This document shows, piece by piece, positions 14,672-28,077 of a DNA stretch of 64,000 bases (the stretch's first letter is position 1; every line of letters starts with the position of its first letter). The stretch comes from Eledone cirrhosa (taxonomy: Eukaryota): contig OZ024745.1 of assembly GCA_964016885.1 (NCBI GenBank), positions 66,712,001 through 66,776,000 of the forward strand, read 5' to 3'. Position numbers and translations under genes: made by a program. Under the pieces are notes generated by a model. It searched no databases. It was not told where the DNA came from and saw only the letters and a program-made list of their open reading frames with translations.

Positions 14672-14820
14672 AAGTATCGTCTTCCTGTCTTCCTTCGGTT
14701 GCAACGTTTTTTGAAATATTCACTTCTGCGTTCACAGATTGACTTTGTTAGTTTCAGAAGATCCCGTTAAGGGTGATAGCAGCGATTCTTTGCTTAAACT
14801 TTAACCTGTTATTTTAATAA

Positions 14821-14854
<34 letters not shown>

Positions 14855-15036
14855 ATATATATATATGTATATATATAAACACACATATATATATGGCAGA
14901 AATAAATACAAAAATCAAAATTCAAAAAGGGCTCTATAAGGGTAGTATTGTTGTATAGTTTCATGGAACTAGCTGTTAAAACGGCAGGAGCTCAGCCGTC
15001 GGAGGCCTGACTCATTCATATATATATATATATATA

Positions 15037-15094
<58 letters not shown>

Positions 15095-16848
15095 GGGGGG
15101 TGTGTGTGTGTGTGTGTGTGTGTTTATTCTTTCAGGACAATCTCGGTCATATCTTCTGGAAGAAAGAATTTGGCTGAGCTCTCTTGTATCTTCGAATTTA
15201 GACCCCTAAGATCAACATGTCTGTTGCTCCTTCATTAACGTTGTTCTTTAAATGTTGCCCTCTTACCTTCCACAATCGAACATAATTTGCTCGTGTAACA
15301 GATTGTTACTAAGATGCAGCGCCTGTGTTTCTTGTGCTGTGTTTCACTATAATTATGGCTTCCATGCCTAATCTTGTAGGTTGTTATTTTTTTTACATTC
15401 TCTATTGTTTCTGTGATGTAATGAATTATAAATTTTCCTCGCTTTAGTTGCAAGGTCATGCTGCAACAATTGCATTTATGCAGTTCATGGTCCATAAAAA
15501 CAAAATGTATCCAGGCTATTTAAGAGATGAAAACGTTAATTAAAAAACGAAATAAAGTAACTCATTAAAGAAATTACATCATGCACTACATTCAATTATA
15601 ACCTAACACCAATTATATATTACACGAAAGCATTTTATCTCTTCGTCGTCAACAACTCGCAAGCCTGCAGGCTGCTGAGCAAACTTTAGGATGTACGAAA
15701 ATTAATATAAACATAAAAGCCGCACATTTTATGTTCATAGAAATTATATTGCTCATTGAAGGACTAATAACGAAAAAGAATACAGCCCTAATAAAGAATT
15801 TAAACAAGATTACTATCGTTTTCTACTGCTTTAAAACAATTGTTGCTTTCCATGTCATGAGATGTTGTGCTTGTTTGTAAATGTGTGTGTTATTGATTCT
15901 ATGCATTCAATTCTGTACATATGTGACAAAGACTGAATTATCCAGGTGTAATAACATTTGGAAATGAAATTGTTATGCTTGTGTGGGTGTGAGATGTAGG
16001 ATAATTCATTTCTATGCTAGTACAGATTTCATGTTATGAGATTCAACAGCTACTTGCATAATGTTCAGGTTTCAAGTGTTAATGTATGTTTCACTGTTAT
16101 AATTAATTCTGGTAATATTCAATATAAATGCCACGCTGATTACTGTTCTTGTTACAGCAGTTTTGTCTTTCCACCTAAAACCATGTGTAATTAGAAATTT
16201 TGATAACTTGTGTTGTAATGTCGAAAACAGGGTTTTTAAATATTTTCTATTGTTGATGTTAGCTTATCTATCTAACATTTTATATTACTAATATTATAAA
16301 ATTTGGATTGTTATGATTTATGAATTTCCGTATCTTGCTTAATGCTGAAATCGACTTTTCCATTTCGCTGGCTTATGTCGAGAAAACATTTAATGGATAT
16401 ATATAGCTGTATTTATATTATATCATATTAAAGATATCATCAACGCACTAAATAACTTATCATGGATCAAGCAAGGTAAGGAGGTATTGTTATCAAAATA
16501 TGTCATGACGCTGATTATTTTCCCTGCTATATATATATGTATATATAGTGGCGAAGGCTTCAAGAACACTCTTTGTCCGTTCCCTTGTCATTTCAATTGG
16601 GATTGCTTCTGTTGCTGGTGGCATATAAAGCCCGGACATTCTCTGATAGCATCAATGATGTTTAGCACTGCTGAGGGGAGTGAAACTCTCTGACGCTGCA
16701 GCAATTGCTTGGATCTCCAGCACAAAAACATTCCAAAGTTTACCCTGATTGAAAATATGTGCCGTCCGTGACAATAGATTTCCAGAATTCTGACTCTGAA
16801 AGCCAAAAATACATGAGGGTAGACGTACAGATATTTACAGTTATTCTC

Positions 16849-16946
<98 letters not shown>

Positions 16947-16947
16947 C

Positions 16948-17020
<73 letters not shown>

Positions 17021-20000
17021 TTTATAAATATCGAATACTTTTTGTTTGATAAGTGACTTGATAGTAGATCTGCATTACTGTAAACTACCATCAATTCTCT
17101 GGCACAATCTTACATACTTACATATGCAGCGAAATAGAGTCACTGAGATCAAATATAGTCGTGCCGTCACATAATTTTTTTATACCATAATATAACTTAA
17201 GTGTTTCCCGTCATATGACTGGTAAATTCTGAATTAAACGTTTGCTAGTGTAAGTAACAGTGGATCAATAAATACGAATGTATAATATATATTAAGAAAA
17301 ATAACGAAATTCATTACAATTGTAATAATACATATACACTGTGAATGATTATGTACACGTTATGTATGTTACCATGTCAGATTTACATAGATTGAATTCA
17401 ATATATACTAGTAGTATTGTATAAAATAGCAGTGATTTGAGAAAAGGAAACAAATCATATTTCTACATATATTTATACCATCCATGAATTTTTGACGAAA
17501 ACTATGAAAAATAAAAACAACTTTGTACAAACGTTATAAAGAAACAGTTATAAAGAAACAGTTACTTGTATGTATGTATGCTTACATATTTGTATGTATG
17601 TATAGTATAGACTTTGTATGTGTTATGTAGACTCTCTCGCTCTTTCTCTCTCTATATATATTTTTCTTTCTCTCTGTCTCTCCTTCTCTGTCCCCCTCAC
17701 TCCCTACCCGACGGTTTGGTCAGTAGGTGTACGCTCACTTACGCTTACATGTTAATTGTCACTACATAATTGTTTTACTCCCCCTCTATCTATAAGATGT
17801 AAAGTATAATATCTGAGACTAGTTAACCAACCAGTGCATTGTCTATAACATATTATTAGAGTTTAGAGGTAATAAGGGAAAATAACAGACAAAAATACTG
17901 AATGGGCAGCATAAATCTTTTTAGTAATCTGACAGCGTTTAATCTATTGAGAACGAGGGACCACTTAAAGTTATACAGTATTTTTACTTCTTTGATATAA
18001 GACAAACTTGGTTCTAAATAACTATCATCACATCTACTAATATTGAACATACATGCAAAGATATACATATAGTTACCATAACGCGCATACACTCACACAC
18101 ACACACGCGCGTACACACAGACATACATGCATATATATAACAGGAAGGTAAAAATATTCAGTGTATAGAGCAACTCTAGTCTGTAGAGCTAGATTAATTA
18201 TAAGGCCAGTTACTTTAAACTTAAAATGAAACAGAAATAAATATATTTTCCAGTTCACTGTCATCAGCTCAGGTTGAACGAGTTGGTCCTCAGGGCTAAC
18301 GAAATGTATGTTGTAATTAGCCTTCATAAGTATATATATATATATGTACGCATGTGGTTGACAGCTGAGGGAAAATAGTGTTCAATACCGAAGTAGAGTT
18401 TATATGTTCATCTTATTAATGATAAATAGTGCGTGTTGTTGTTCTGGAGTGTCGCCCGTTTACCTTGTAGATGGCCCTGTGACAAACAGACAAAAGTAGA
18501 CAGTGACAAGCCTTAATAATATATATATATAAGTATGTAATTTCGTTTCATTTTTTCCATTTATATATATATATTTAGGTTTGAAGGTTCACCACTGGAT
18601 AGAGTTGGTCATTCCGTATGGTCAATCTTGATGTAATAATATGGACACCACTAGCACACCCAAAGCCTAGAACAGTTACATTCCTCGAGTGCTCGGAAAA
18701 ATTGATTTCCATATCTTTCGCTAGACGATTTCACTCGGAATGGCTAACACGTGGTTAGGATGGGCTGGCCGGAGTCTGCAGTCGTCGCGTGCTGTTTGAC
18801 TGCTAAACAAGGACTTAATCTTTACTCTATATCCCACCCTGAAAACTTATCGAGGATCTCTATAATACACTTAAAGTTTCTTCATAAAAGACTCTCTCTG
18901 TAAATTCTTTAACTAAATCTCCCAACCCAAACCTTAAATTTGTTTAAACTGTTTAATTTTTAATTTTCTAATTTTTTTAAATTTTATAATTTTAATCTTT
19001 AATTTAATTTTTTTTTTAATTTTCATCCTATAAATCTAAACAAAAATTTAACGCTCCAATTTTCTGTTCACACATTATACCATACAGACGCCCACTATAT
19101 ATATACCTCTGTTATAATATATACCTCTGTTAAGATATAGGTTCTTTAGAATAACATGTTTCGCGGCAATCCCTAGCCTGATTGTAGCGTGACATTAACG
19201 CTGACTTTTCTTCTTTCTTTCTGTCTTTTTTTTTTTTCTGCTCTTTGACTGGGAGGTTAGTAGTACATTATAAGCTTTCGCCCCCTCACCAGATAGCCTT
19301 AAGTAGACCGAATAGTCAGCACTTGAGGGCGACCGGCTAAAGTGGAAGATGCTAGATGGTCGGTCGTCCTCGGGTCTATGATTTTCAGCCCCAACGTATT
19401 TTATCTATTACATTCATTTATTATATTTTGAATACCTGATGATATCACCGGATTCATACGGAACCCGATCATTGAAATGACCAAGGATTTACATAAGTCC
19501 AGCCTCCTGTTGTATTATAATATATATATATATATATAAAGCGTGCTAATCAAATGTTTTTAAGTTTCTTCACCTGAAACGTGTACATTTTCCAGCTCCA
19601 TTGATATTTCAAATATATTCTTGTCTTATCTCCTGCGATAACAATATTGTAATGGTGTTTCTTTTATATCTACGTCACGTAGAATAAGTGTTTGTTCCTT
19701 ATTTATCATCACAGGAAACCTCGTTGAAATGATATTTCTTCATTAACGCATACTTTAGCCGCCATCCCTATTAACAGCTTGTCACTAAAGAGTAGTGTTT
19801 TTTTAATCTGTATTATATTTTGCTATTAAGGAGATTCATTAGTCTTCATATTATGAATTATAATTATCGACATATTCATTCGGTGATTATGAAAGACATC
19901 TGTATTTCCGCGGGGCTGTGGGTGGGCCCCATCGCGTACCGTTGTAGTTGTGGAAGAAAGAGGAAGACAACAACTGGAACCTACATAATTGGTACTGAAC

Positions 20001-22721
20001 ATTTAATTAAAGCTGCCCAATTATTTTGAAAACTATCTGAATCGATACGTGCCTAAATAATAGTAAGCAATTAAAGCAAGGAATTCCATTGAAAACTTAT
20101 AGGTTCTTTTTGACAGTTAAAATGGTAAAGTTTAAAACTTGAAAAATCTACAATGGAACTCAGGTTCTTCGCGGATCATTAAAATAAAATATTTGGGGTT
20201 ATAGATTTTAACAAAATACCCAATAAAATAAAGTAAAGAAATTATGTAAGCAATCCACAACGTGGATTACATAATCATAAACTAGCAGCATAAACATAAA
20301 CTAGCAGCATAAACATAATGCAAGAACACGAACATGTTTCATTTCTTCATCTTCAACAAAGTGAAACCCTGTAGTCCTTTGAAGAAAAAGAAAGTATAGG
20401 AATGTTACTGTAAACATAACTTTTGTAAACGTTCTGTTTTAGAAGTTGCATTGGGTACTCAGAGATTCATAGAATGAACAAAAATCTACTAAGTAAGTTT
20501 GGCCAGAGTCCTTACTTTTTCTATAACTTTTAAATATTACCGCATGAAGAGACATGTTTTCATATTTGTGTGACGTATGCGTCTGCGTTCCGGTGTAAGG
20601 AACTTTGTATGCGTGTTTGTTCCTGTATAGAATATATATAACACTAACAATTCTGCCAAACCACAGCCCTTCAAACATTTAAAATACAAACAAAAAGAAT
20701 GATTTTTTGAAAGGAGCTTATACGATTATGTAGACTTCAATACATGTGTGGTATTTATTTTTTCTCAATCCCAAGCTAATGAAACGAAAATTACTTAACC
20801 CTGTGCTTTTTAATTTCATATCGCAATGGAGCTTAAGTAAAGCGATAAAGCGAAGTATTATCCACCGTCTGTTAAAAAGGGTGATATAATATTGAGGAAT
20901 GTGATCTGCCATGGATTCAGAATTTACCTCAATGACAGCAACATGTAACACAGAACTGCCATATATTGTACATATATCGTAAATAATTCTCTTCAAACTT
21001 CTCCAGGTTCCCTATTAAACCGATCAATCTAAAGAGCGTTGTAGTTTATGTATTTTGGGAGGTTCGATTATCAATGGTTTAATTATTGAATAAAGACCAT
21101 TTAAGTTAGTTTATATATTTATTATCAAATGACTAGGGGTAAACAATGGCGTATTTGGGCTGGTAACGTAGTTTATATTTCGGGTATTTTATTACAATTT
21201 TACCTCACGTAAGCAGTAAATATTTTTACATTTAATGAGTAACTTCAATACAATGGCATTTCCTTCTACTACGTTTGATGGCTTTTGAGGTTGTGAAGTA
21301 AGAAATAAATTCATTTTGACAGTTACTGAAGAAAAGTCCGCTGAAAGGCACCGTGCACGAGGCAATCGATAAGGAAGGCGGTATTGTGTCAGAGAGTTAA
21401 TCCTCGACCGAAACGATTTCAATAACCTCACTTCTGCGATGCCATTAGAAAATAATGAAAATCCCAATATAATAGTTTTCCAGAAACATATATGTTTACG
21501 TTTACAGCATTAAACAAAACGCCCCAGGACTTGGAGGCTTTGGTACAAAGCTGCATCGAATCTAACGCCTTCAAATGATTATGCATTAAGAATGACATGA
21601 ACTCCACAATTATAATTTTTTAAATATGATACGTGCATTTAATTAACTGACGGATTGGGAACAACCTAACTTCCTGGAGAACAACTTTTTCTATTTGATG
21701 ACTGCACAGTCTGATGCTATTGATTTTGATGAAGGGACAGAATCACAAAATGTGATTTCACTCACCTAAATTTATATATAGTGCGGCTTCGTAGTAAGAA
21801 GCACAATTAGGTCGTGTTCAGAATCATTGAATGTATAAACGAAAAGGAATAAATTAATAATTTCTTTAGAGATATTCAGAACAACGATCAGCGGAGGACA
21901 CGTTTCGCAGCACCATTCCGACAGACAACCCCCCCCCCCCGGAAAACCCCCGCAGTTGATGGATGTGAATCCGAAATATATAGGGACAATTAAATCTCTC
22001 CCAAGGTAACTCTATCTCGTGTTATTTTGTTTTTATCCTTTACGCTCTTTCCCACATTCTTCTACACGCTACACATCTCAACTTACATTCACTTACATCT
22101 CTCTCTCCACCACCGGATCTTGTTACCCGGATATTTAACCATCTGCATTGTTGAGGCTCCAAAACGACCTAAAGAAATATACCTTTTATTCCACAATGCT
22201 TCAAGCAAACTTCAATACTCTCTTAAATTAATAATTAATGCGGCGATGTGCAGAAGTACATAAATGTGTATGCCAGTACATAGAATTAAACACACACTTA
22301 CGTACACACAATTACACACAATCGCTATTCCAATCACATATAAGATTGCTATAATCTGTCCCAAATTGAACATCATCAAGAATCCGTCGAATCTTTCGAA
22401 ATAATGAATTTTTCATCTTAACATTTCCTGCATAGAGGAAAGGTTTTTCCCCATACATTTATTTGATTTTAATACACAAAATGTCATTGGCATGCTCTAA
22501 TAATATATAAGTATATATGTATGTATAAATATTGATGCATGTATAGACAAACAGATATACATGCGTCAATCCATCCATATATGAATATATATATAAATAC
22601 GTACATACACACATTTATATGCACACACACCCATGCATACATACATACATACATACCTACATACATACATACATACATACATACATACATACATACATAC
22701 ATACATACATACATACATACA

Positions 22722-23660
22722 TGGAATAAAGCCTGATATAAATCTCTCACCCAGAGAAATCGGAAGATCCTATTCAATGTTCAAACAAGATATAAAAATT
22801 GACCAATTTACAGAAAAAGTTGTGCATGGATACTTGAGGCGTAAAACACAGATCATAGAGGGGATAAACCACTCAAAAAGCCTGGCATGGAGTTCCGACA
22901 AGTTTATGACATCACACCTTGAGGGATATCTCTATACAATACAGGAACAAGAACTCCCTACCAAATATCTGCTGCACAAAAGAGAAGGGCCAGCAGCTGA
23001 CAATAAATGTAGGCTATGTAAAACAAAGATCGAGGATGTAAGCCACATTGTTGCCAGCTGCGAAAGAATGTCATCTCGCTACTACCTCCCCATGAGATAC
23101 GATGGGATAGCTAGAACCATCTGGAACGCACTTCGGAAGACAAAATTAACAACAAACGAGGGAGAATATATTGAGACAGATGGCACTAAGGAATATTGGT
23201 GGAACCTGAAAATAAAAACTGCCACCAAATTAAAGCACAACCGGCCTGATATTGTAGTTTGGGACCACACATTGAAAACGTGTTCTGTTGTGGAGATCAG
23301 CTGCCCACTTGATGTAAACGTTGTCAGAAAAATACAGGAGAAGGAGGACATCTACGGACCATTGATGAGGAGTTTACAAATCCAGTATCCAAGATACACC
23401 TTTAGCTTCATACCCATCATTATTGGTGCTACGGGTTATATACCAACCCGCTTGGACCAAAGTATGACTGAACTTGGATTTGCGGACAAAAAGCGCAGCT
23501 CCCTAATTCATAGTCTACAAATGACTGCGATAGCTGGCACCTTCAAAATTTGCAAAACATTCTTGCGATTCAAGGGATGACAATTTCCTTTCTTTTACAA
23601 CCTTGCCACCAGGAAGGTAGCCGGTCAAAAAAATATACTCGAAATTAAGAGAAAGAGAAA
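22722..23660 (+). mobile_element. 5'-truncated R4/Dong-like non-LTR retrotransposon (CCHC knuckle plus restriction-like endonuclease)
   Basis: Open frame to a stop at 23580 with 'IQEQ', 'CRLC...EDVSHIVASC', 'HNRPDIVVWD..CSVVEISCP', 'KEDIY..L', 'PIIIGATG'. A-rich 3' end; (CATA)n on both sides. Confidence 0.9.
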
Positions 23661-23706
23661 ACATACATACATACATGCATACATACATACATACATACAT
23701 ACATAC

Positions 23707-24316
23707 ATGGTGGCTGCCAACTCGTTTTCGAGTACGGCCACTACTTTATATCCATGTAGGAGAACCCCTACGGATGCGCTGAACGAGTGTGACTTTTTAG
23801 TCCAGCCAGCGATTTGAAAACTCTGGTACAAACACGACACTTTTGACAATTATTGACACATAGTGCTGGGCCCATGGTACCATGTGATGACAAGTGCAGA
23901 GTGATCTCCAGATATAAAGCAATGCCTGTGCCGTGAAGCTTTTATAGTGAGCAAAGGCACTGCACAAAGCCAGTCCCACTCTCTTAACCAAGATGATATG
24001 TACCACAAAGAAGAACAAGTCAACATCATTGGATACCATCAGGGTTGCAGGTGTTATATCAGAGTTTTCCTTCTCCTAGAATTCTGCCTTGACAAAGGCT
24101 AAGGGGTCATCTCTCCCGGTGATTTTGGATGGCCATTGACTCTTAAGAGCTCGTTTGCCCTTTGACAGGTTTTGTTTTTAGTCCTGCAGGATGTCCAAAG
24201 TCACCCTCCTCACCAAGAAAACTTGGTGGGGTTGCCAGTTTAGTCGCCAACGACCCGACCATGAGACAGGTTGTACTGGGATACATGTTACCAGTAGCAC
24301 CAACTGGTGACCTGAC
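23707..24316 (-). mobile_element. Dispersed repeat, probably the 5' region of an RTE-type LINE or a derived non-autonomous element
   Basis: 23707-23920 recurs at 63365-63578. Minus-strand 'ctaggagaaggaaaactctgat..aacctgc' motif is shared with about 6450-6530 and 28810-28870. The RTE assignment is from recall only. Confidence 0.5.
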
Positions 24317-24402
24317 ATACATACATACATACATACATACATACATACATACATACATACATACATACATACATACACAGTGGCTGCCATCTCGTTTTCA
24401 AG

Positions 24403-26700
24403 TCATTAGATGGTTTTCCGATCTAAGGTCCAAGCAATCTATGAGGTTCATCCAATTTGTCATAGACAGCTATTACGCGTCAATAACCCCGGAACTGCTC
24501 AACAAAGCATTAGCCCTAGCCACCACCAACTTGGACATAACCAATAATGAGATTAACATCATACTTATGGCTAGGCAGACAATCATTGAATTCAACGGAG
24601 CACTCTGGACTAGAAAAAATAGAAAAGACAACTTTGACATTACGATGGGTTCAAGTGACTCCGCGCAAATAACCTATTTAGTTGGGATTTACCTATTACG
24701 TAACATCAGAGCCGAAATCCAACCCATGCAAGGTGGAATATACAGGTACGACGCCCTATTTGCAGTCCACAATTGCACTAATTTGCTAAAGAAACAATTA
24801 CATAGATTCTTCAAAGATAACGGTATCTCTATCACCATCGAACTGAATCATAAAGTAGTAAACTTCCTAGACGTCACCCTAGATCTCAACAATAACCTAT
24901 ATAACCCTTACCATAAACCAGGTGAAATACTCACATATATTATCCCACACTCTAACCACCCACCGGCAGTCATCAGAGCAGTAATCAAATCTATCTATTA
25001 TAGGATATCAATGTTATCAGCAAATGAGATATTTATAAACCACCCACAATATTATAATAAGGCTCTATCTGAATCTGGTTATAAACAATCAATTTATTAC
25101 ATACCTAAATGCCATAACACAGCAATTCACCATAATAAACTTAACACTAGAACTAGAAATACCTTAGCATATAGCCAGATTCGCAGGAATGTTAGCAGTA
25201 ACAGCACCTATACAGGGAACTTTAATGGTGGCAGTGGCCTGCTCCCCACTCCAAGTAGCAAACTAAACATCAACCCTAGAATAGGAATGAGAAATGGGAT
25301 GACAAATAACAAACCCCAGGTAATAATAACCCTAGGAAGGCTCCTACTAACTCCACTAGAACCCCTAGAAGGAAGACACCTAGAAATATCACCTGGCTTA
25401 ACCACCCATTCTCATCTAATCTAGCCACTAATATTGTCAAACGCTTCTTCTCTATCCTATCTAAACACTCCCCCCCCCCCAACCATAGATATTACAAACT
25501 CTTTAATAAAAATAACATTAAAATCTCATTCTCCACAACACCTAACCTAGCTAGCCACACCGCGTTCAGTAACCATCATAAGCTAAGACAGTATAACTCC
25601 CACACCGCGGTACCACCACCCCTATCAAATACACCACGCCACTACACCAATAATTACTCTTGTAGCACACCTCCCCCATCTAATCCTTCTAGCACGGTCC
25701 TACCGCTTAGGTTAAACAACCCTACTCTCACTAACCGCAGAAGAAACTGCAACTGCCGTTACCCAATGCATGCCTATTAAATGGACACTGCCTGACACCC
25801 AACATAGTCTATAGGTGCACGGTTAAGACTGATTCGAATACCAGCTCTTATATCGGGTCTACCTCTAATCCTTTTAAGGTACGCTATAACGCGCACTCTT
25901 TTTCCTTCCGAGACCCTAGCAACAGACGTTCGACATCGCTAGCTAGGCTCATTAAAAACCTTAAATTAAACAACGTTCAACACTCATTAAAATGGGATAT
26001 CGTGGCTAGGGCCCAACCGTTCAATGGACGATAAAATATTGTGATCTCTGTATTACGGAAGCATATTACATAACTCTATCACGACCTCTACCGGTTAACG
26101 ATAGAACGGAGGTAACCATTAGCTGTCAACATCGAAGGGCTAATTCCTTCGCCAATAGAATTTTTGACCCAACTTAGTTATGTAGCCCCATTTTTACTTG
26201 TAGCTAATAAGTTAAATTACTATGAACAACTCGATAATTATAAGTTACATCCCCTACATTGTCTCTCAATTAAAAAAAATTAAAAATTAGCACTTAACTA
26301 TAAACACCCACAATGTTTAATCTCTCGAGAAGTTAATTCCCCTGAAACCACCCTCTAATTCGTAAGGTAAATATGCCCTTTGGTAGCCATCTTGTTACCC
26401 ATAGGCAGATCTCACACAATGCAGCCTCGACAGATAAATACTGCTTGATTATGGCTGACAACTGATGCAACCAAGACACCATAGTAAAAACCAATATATG
26501 GAACATTATATTATGTAACATTATCTCATTATTTTAATCTATATTCCTTTGAAGTTCCGATGAGCCGCTCTATCTTTTAAATATGTTAATTATTTTCAAC
26601 TGAACCAGATCAATTATGACATATAGTCATCTGATCTAGAAATATTATATGGAGTAGCGAAACAATTGTAAACGGGCATTATTATTATTAATATTATTAT
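24403..26700 (+). mobile_element. 5'-truncated Penelope-like element (same clade as the 11.6-kb copy, different family)
   Basis: 'VIRWF..FIQF.IDSYY.SI', 'FDITMGS.DSA', 'GIYRYDAL' (catalytic DD changed to YD), 'VNFLDVTLDL', 'HSNHPP'. 25742-25900 reads 'RNCNCR../LNGHCLTPNIVYRCTV..SYIGSTSNPFKVRY'. HHR-like structure downstream. Confidence 0.92.
26554..26673 (+). ncRNA. Hammerhead-like ribozyme with CCGATGA core and about 95-nt extended stem II
   Basis: gtt CCGATGA gccgctctat...(agatca..atgac atata gtcat.tgatct)...atggagtagc GAAA caattg TA aac. Confidence 0.6.
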
Positions 26701-26981
26701 TATTATTCTCTACTTTCCTTACATCAAACTAAAATATGTTGACAATCTTTTAATAATGTCTTCCTTGTGAAATTTGTTGTCTTGTTGTGCTTAACTAATG
26801 AATATTTCCAGCTCTGTGGTCCTAACTTCTGCATGAACCCAGCCACCTAGCTGCTTTCTTCTGCATATTGCACATTGAGCATATTGCCTTTACGCTTTGG
26901 CTTCTAACTAACTCACCAATCTCTCCTCTCATATCTCCTCTCCTATCTCCAGCTCTCTCTTTAATATTGGTTACTCTTGCA

Positions 26982-27033
<52 letters not shown>

Positions 27034-27541
27034 GGAAAAAAAGAAACGAAATTTCATATCTCACTCTTAGTACGGCCGTTACTTAAATATAAGTATGTAT
27101 ACGTACATACATATATGTACACAAACATTCAACACCGACAAAGGAACGATGTACTAGTTTCAAGCTTATTAGCACCGTATACCTTCCTGCCAGATGATTG
27201 AACGTCTTAAAGTATATACTTTCCTTATTAACGGTTGAGCAGCCTAAGTTGCATAAGGAGTGAAGTGAGTTAATCGGCCGGGCACACCGATGCCGGTAAA
27301 AGGAAAAAATGAAGTGAAATGTCATTACTCACTCTTAGTACGGCTGTTACTTAAATATAAGTATGTATACGTACATATATATATATATGTATACAGACGT
27401 ACAGTAGTATGTATATATGTACACACATGCACACATATATATACGTACGGATGGATTTACCGAACATTTATTATAATGCTCGGAATTAAGCCGTAGTGTT
27501 TAGCAACCATCGTTGCCCTTTTGTTCAACACTGACAAAGGA

Positions 27542-27584
27542 ACGATGTACTAGTTTCGAGCTTATTATCTATCGCCAGCACCGT
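27542..27584 (-). ncRNA. Hammerhead family A (A6G variant)
   Basis: Reverse complement: acggtg CTGGCGA tagataataagctc GAAA ctag TA catcgt. Confidence 0.6.
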
Positions 27585-28034
27585 ATAGCTAATAAGCTTG
27601 AAACAATAAGCTTGAAACGTTAGCTAATAAGCTTGAAACTAGTACATCGTTCCTTTGTCAGTGTTGAACAAAAGGGCAACGATTGTTGCTAAACACTATA
27701 CGGCTTAATTCGGGATGTTTGTTTACAAACACACCGAGCATTATAATAAATGTTCGGTAAATCCATACGTACATATATATATATGTGTGCATGTATGTAT
27801 ATATATATACATACTACTGTACGTCTGTATACATATATATATATGTACGTATACATACTTATATTTAAGTAACAGCCGTACTAAGAGTGAGTAATGAAAT
27901 TTCGCTTCATTTTTTCCGTTTACCGGCTTCGGTGTGCCCGGCCGATTAACTCACTCCTTATGCCACTTAGGCTGCTCAGCCGTTAATAAGGAAAGTATAT
28001 ACTTTAAGACGTTCAATCATCTGGCAGGAGGGTT

Positions 28035-28077
28035 ACGGTGCTGACGATAGCTAATAAGCTTGAAACTAATACATCGT
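28035..28077 (+). ncRNA. Minimal type-I hammerhead ribozyme, family A
   Basis: acggtg CTGACGA t agct aata agct t GAAA ctaa TA catcgt; intact core. Confidence 0.85.

Larger units (their letters stand above)
11578..14820 (+). mobile_element. Near full-length Penelope-like retroelement (C-terminal GIY-YIG), degenerate
   Basis: RT plus GIY-YIG ORF remnants flanked by terminal-repeat pieces that recur elsewhere in the window; inserted in a TA/TG microsatellite. Confidence 0.92.

Noticed and set aside
16547-16830. GC-richer block between (TA)n tracts considered as an exon or TE ORF
   Set aside because: No recognisable motif in six frames and no convincing splice pair.
18236-18272. Minus-strand CTGATGA cag tgaa ctg GAAA atatat TT hammerhead-like core
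   Set aside because: No stem I pairing; may be chance or heavily decayed.
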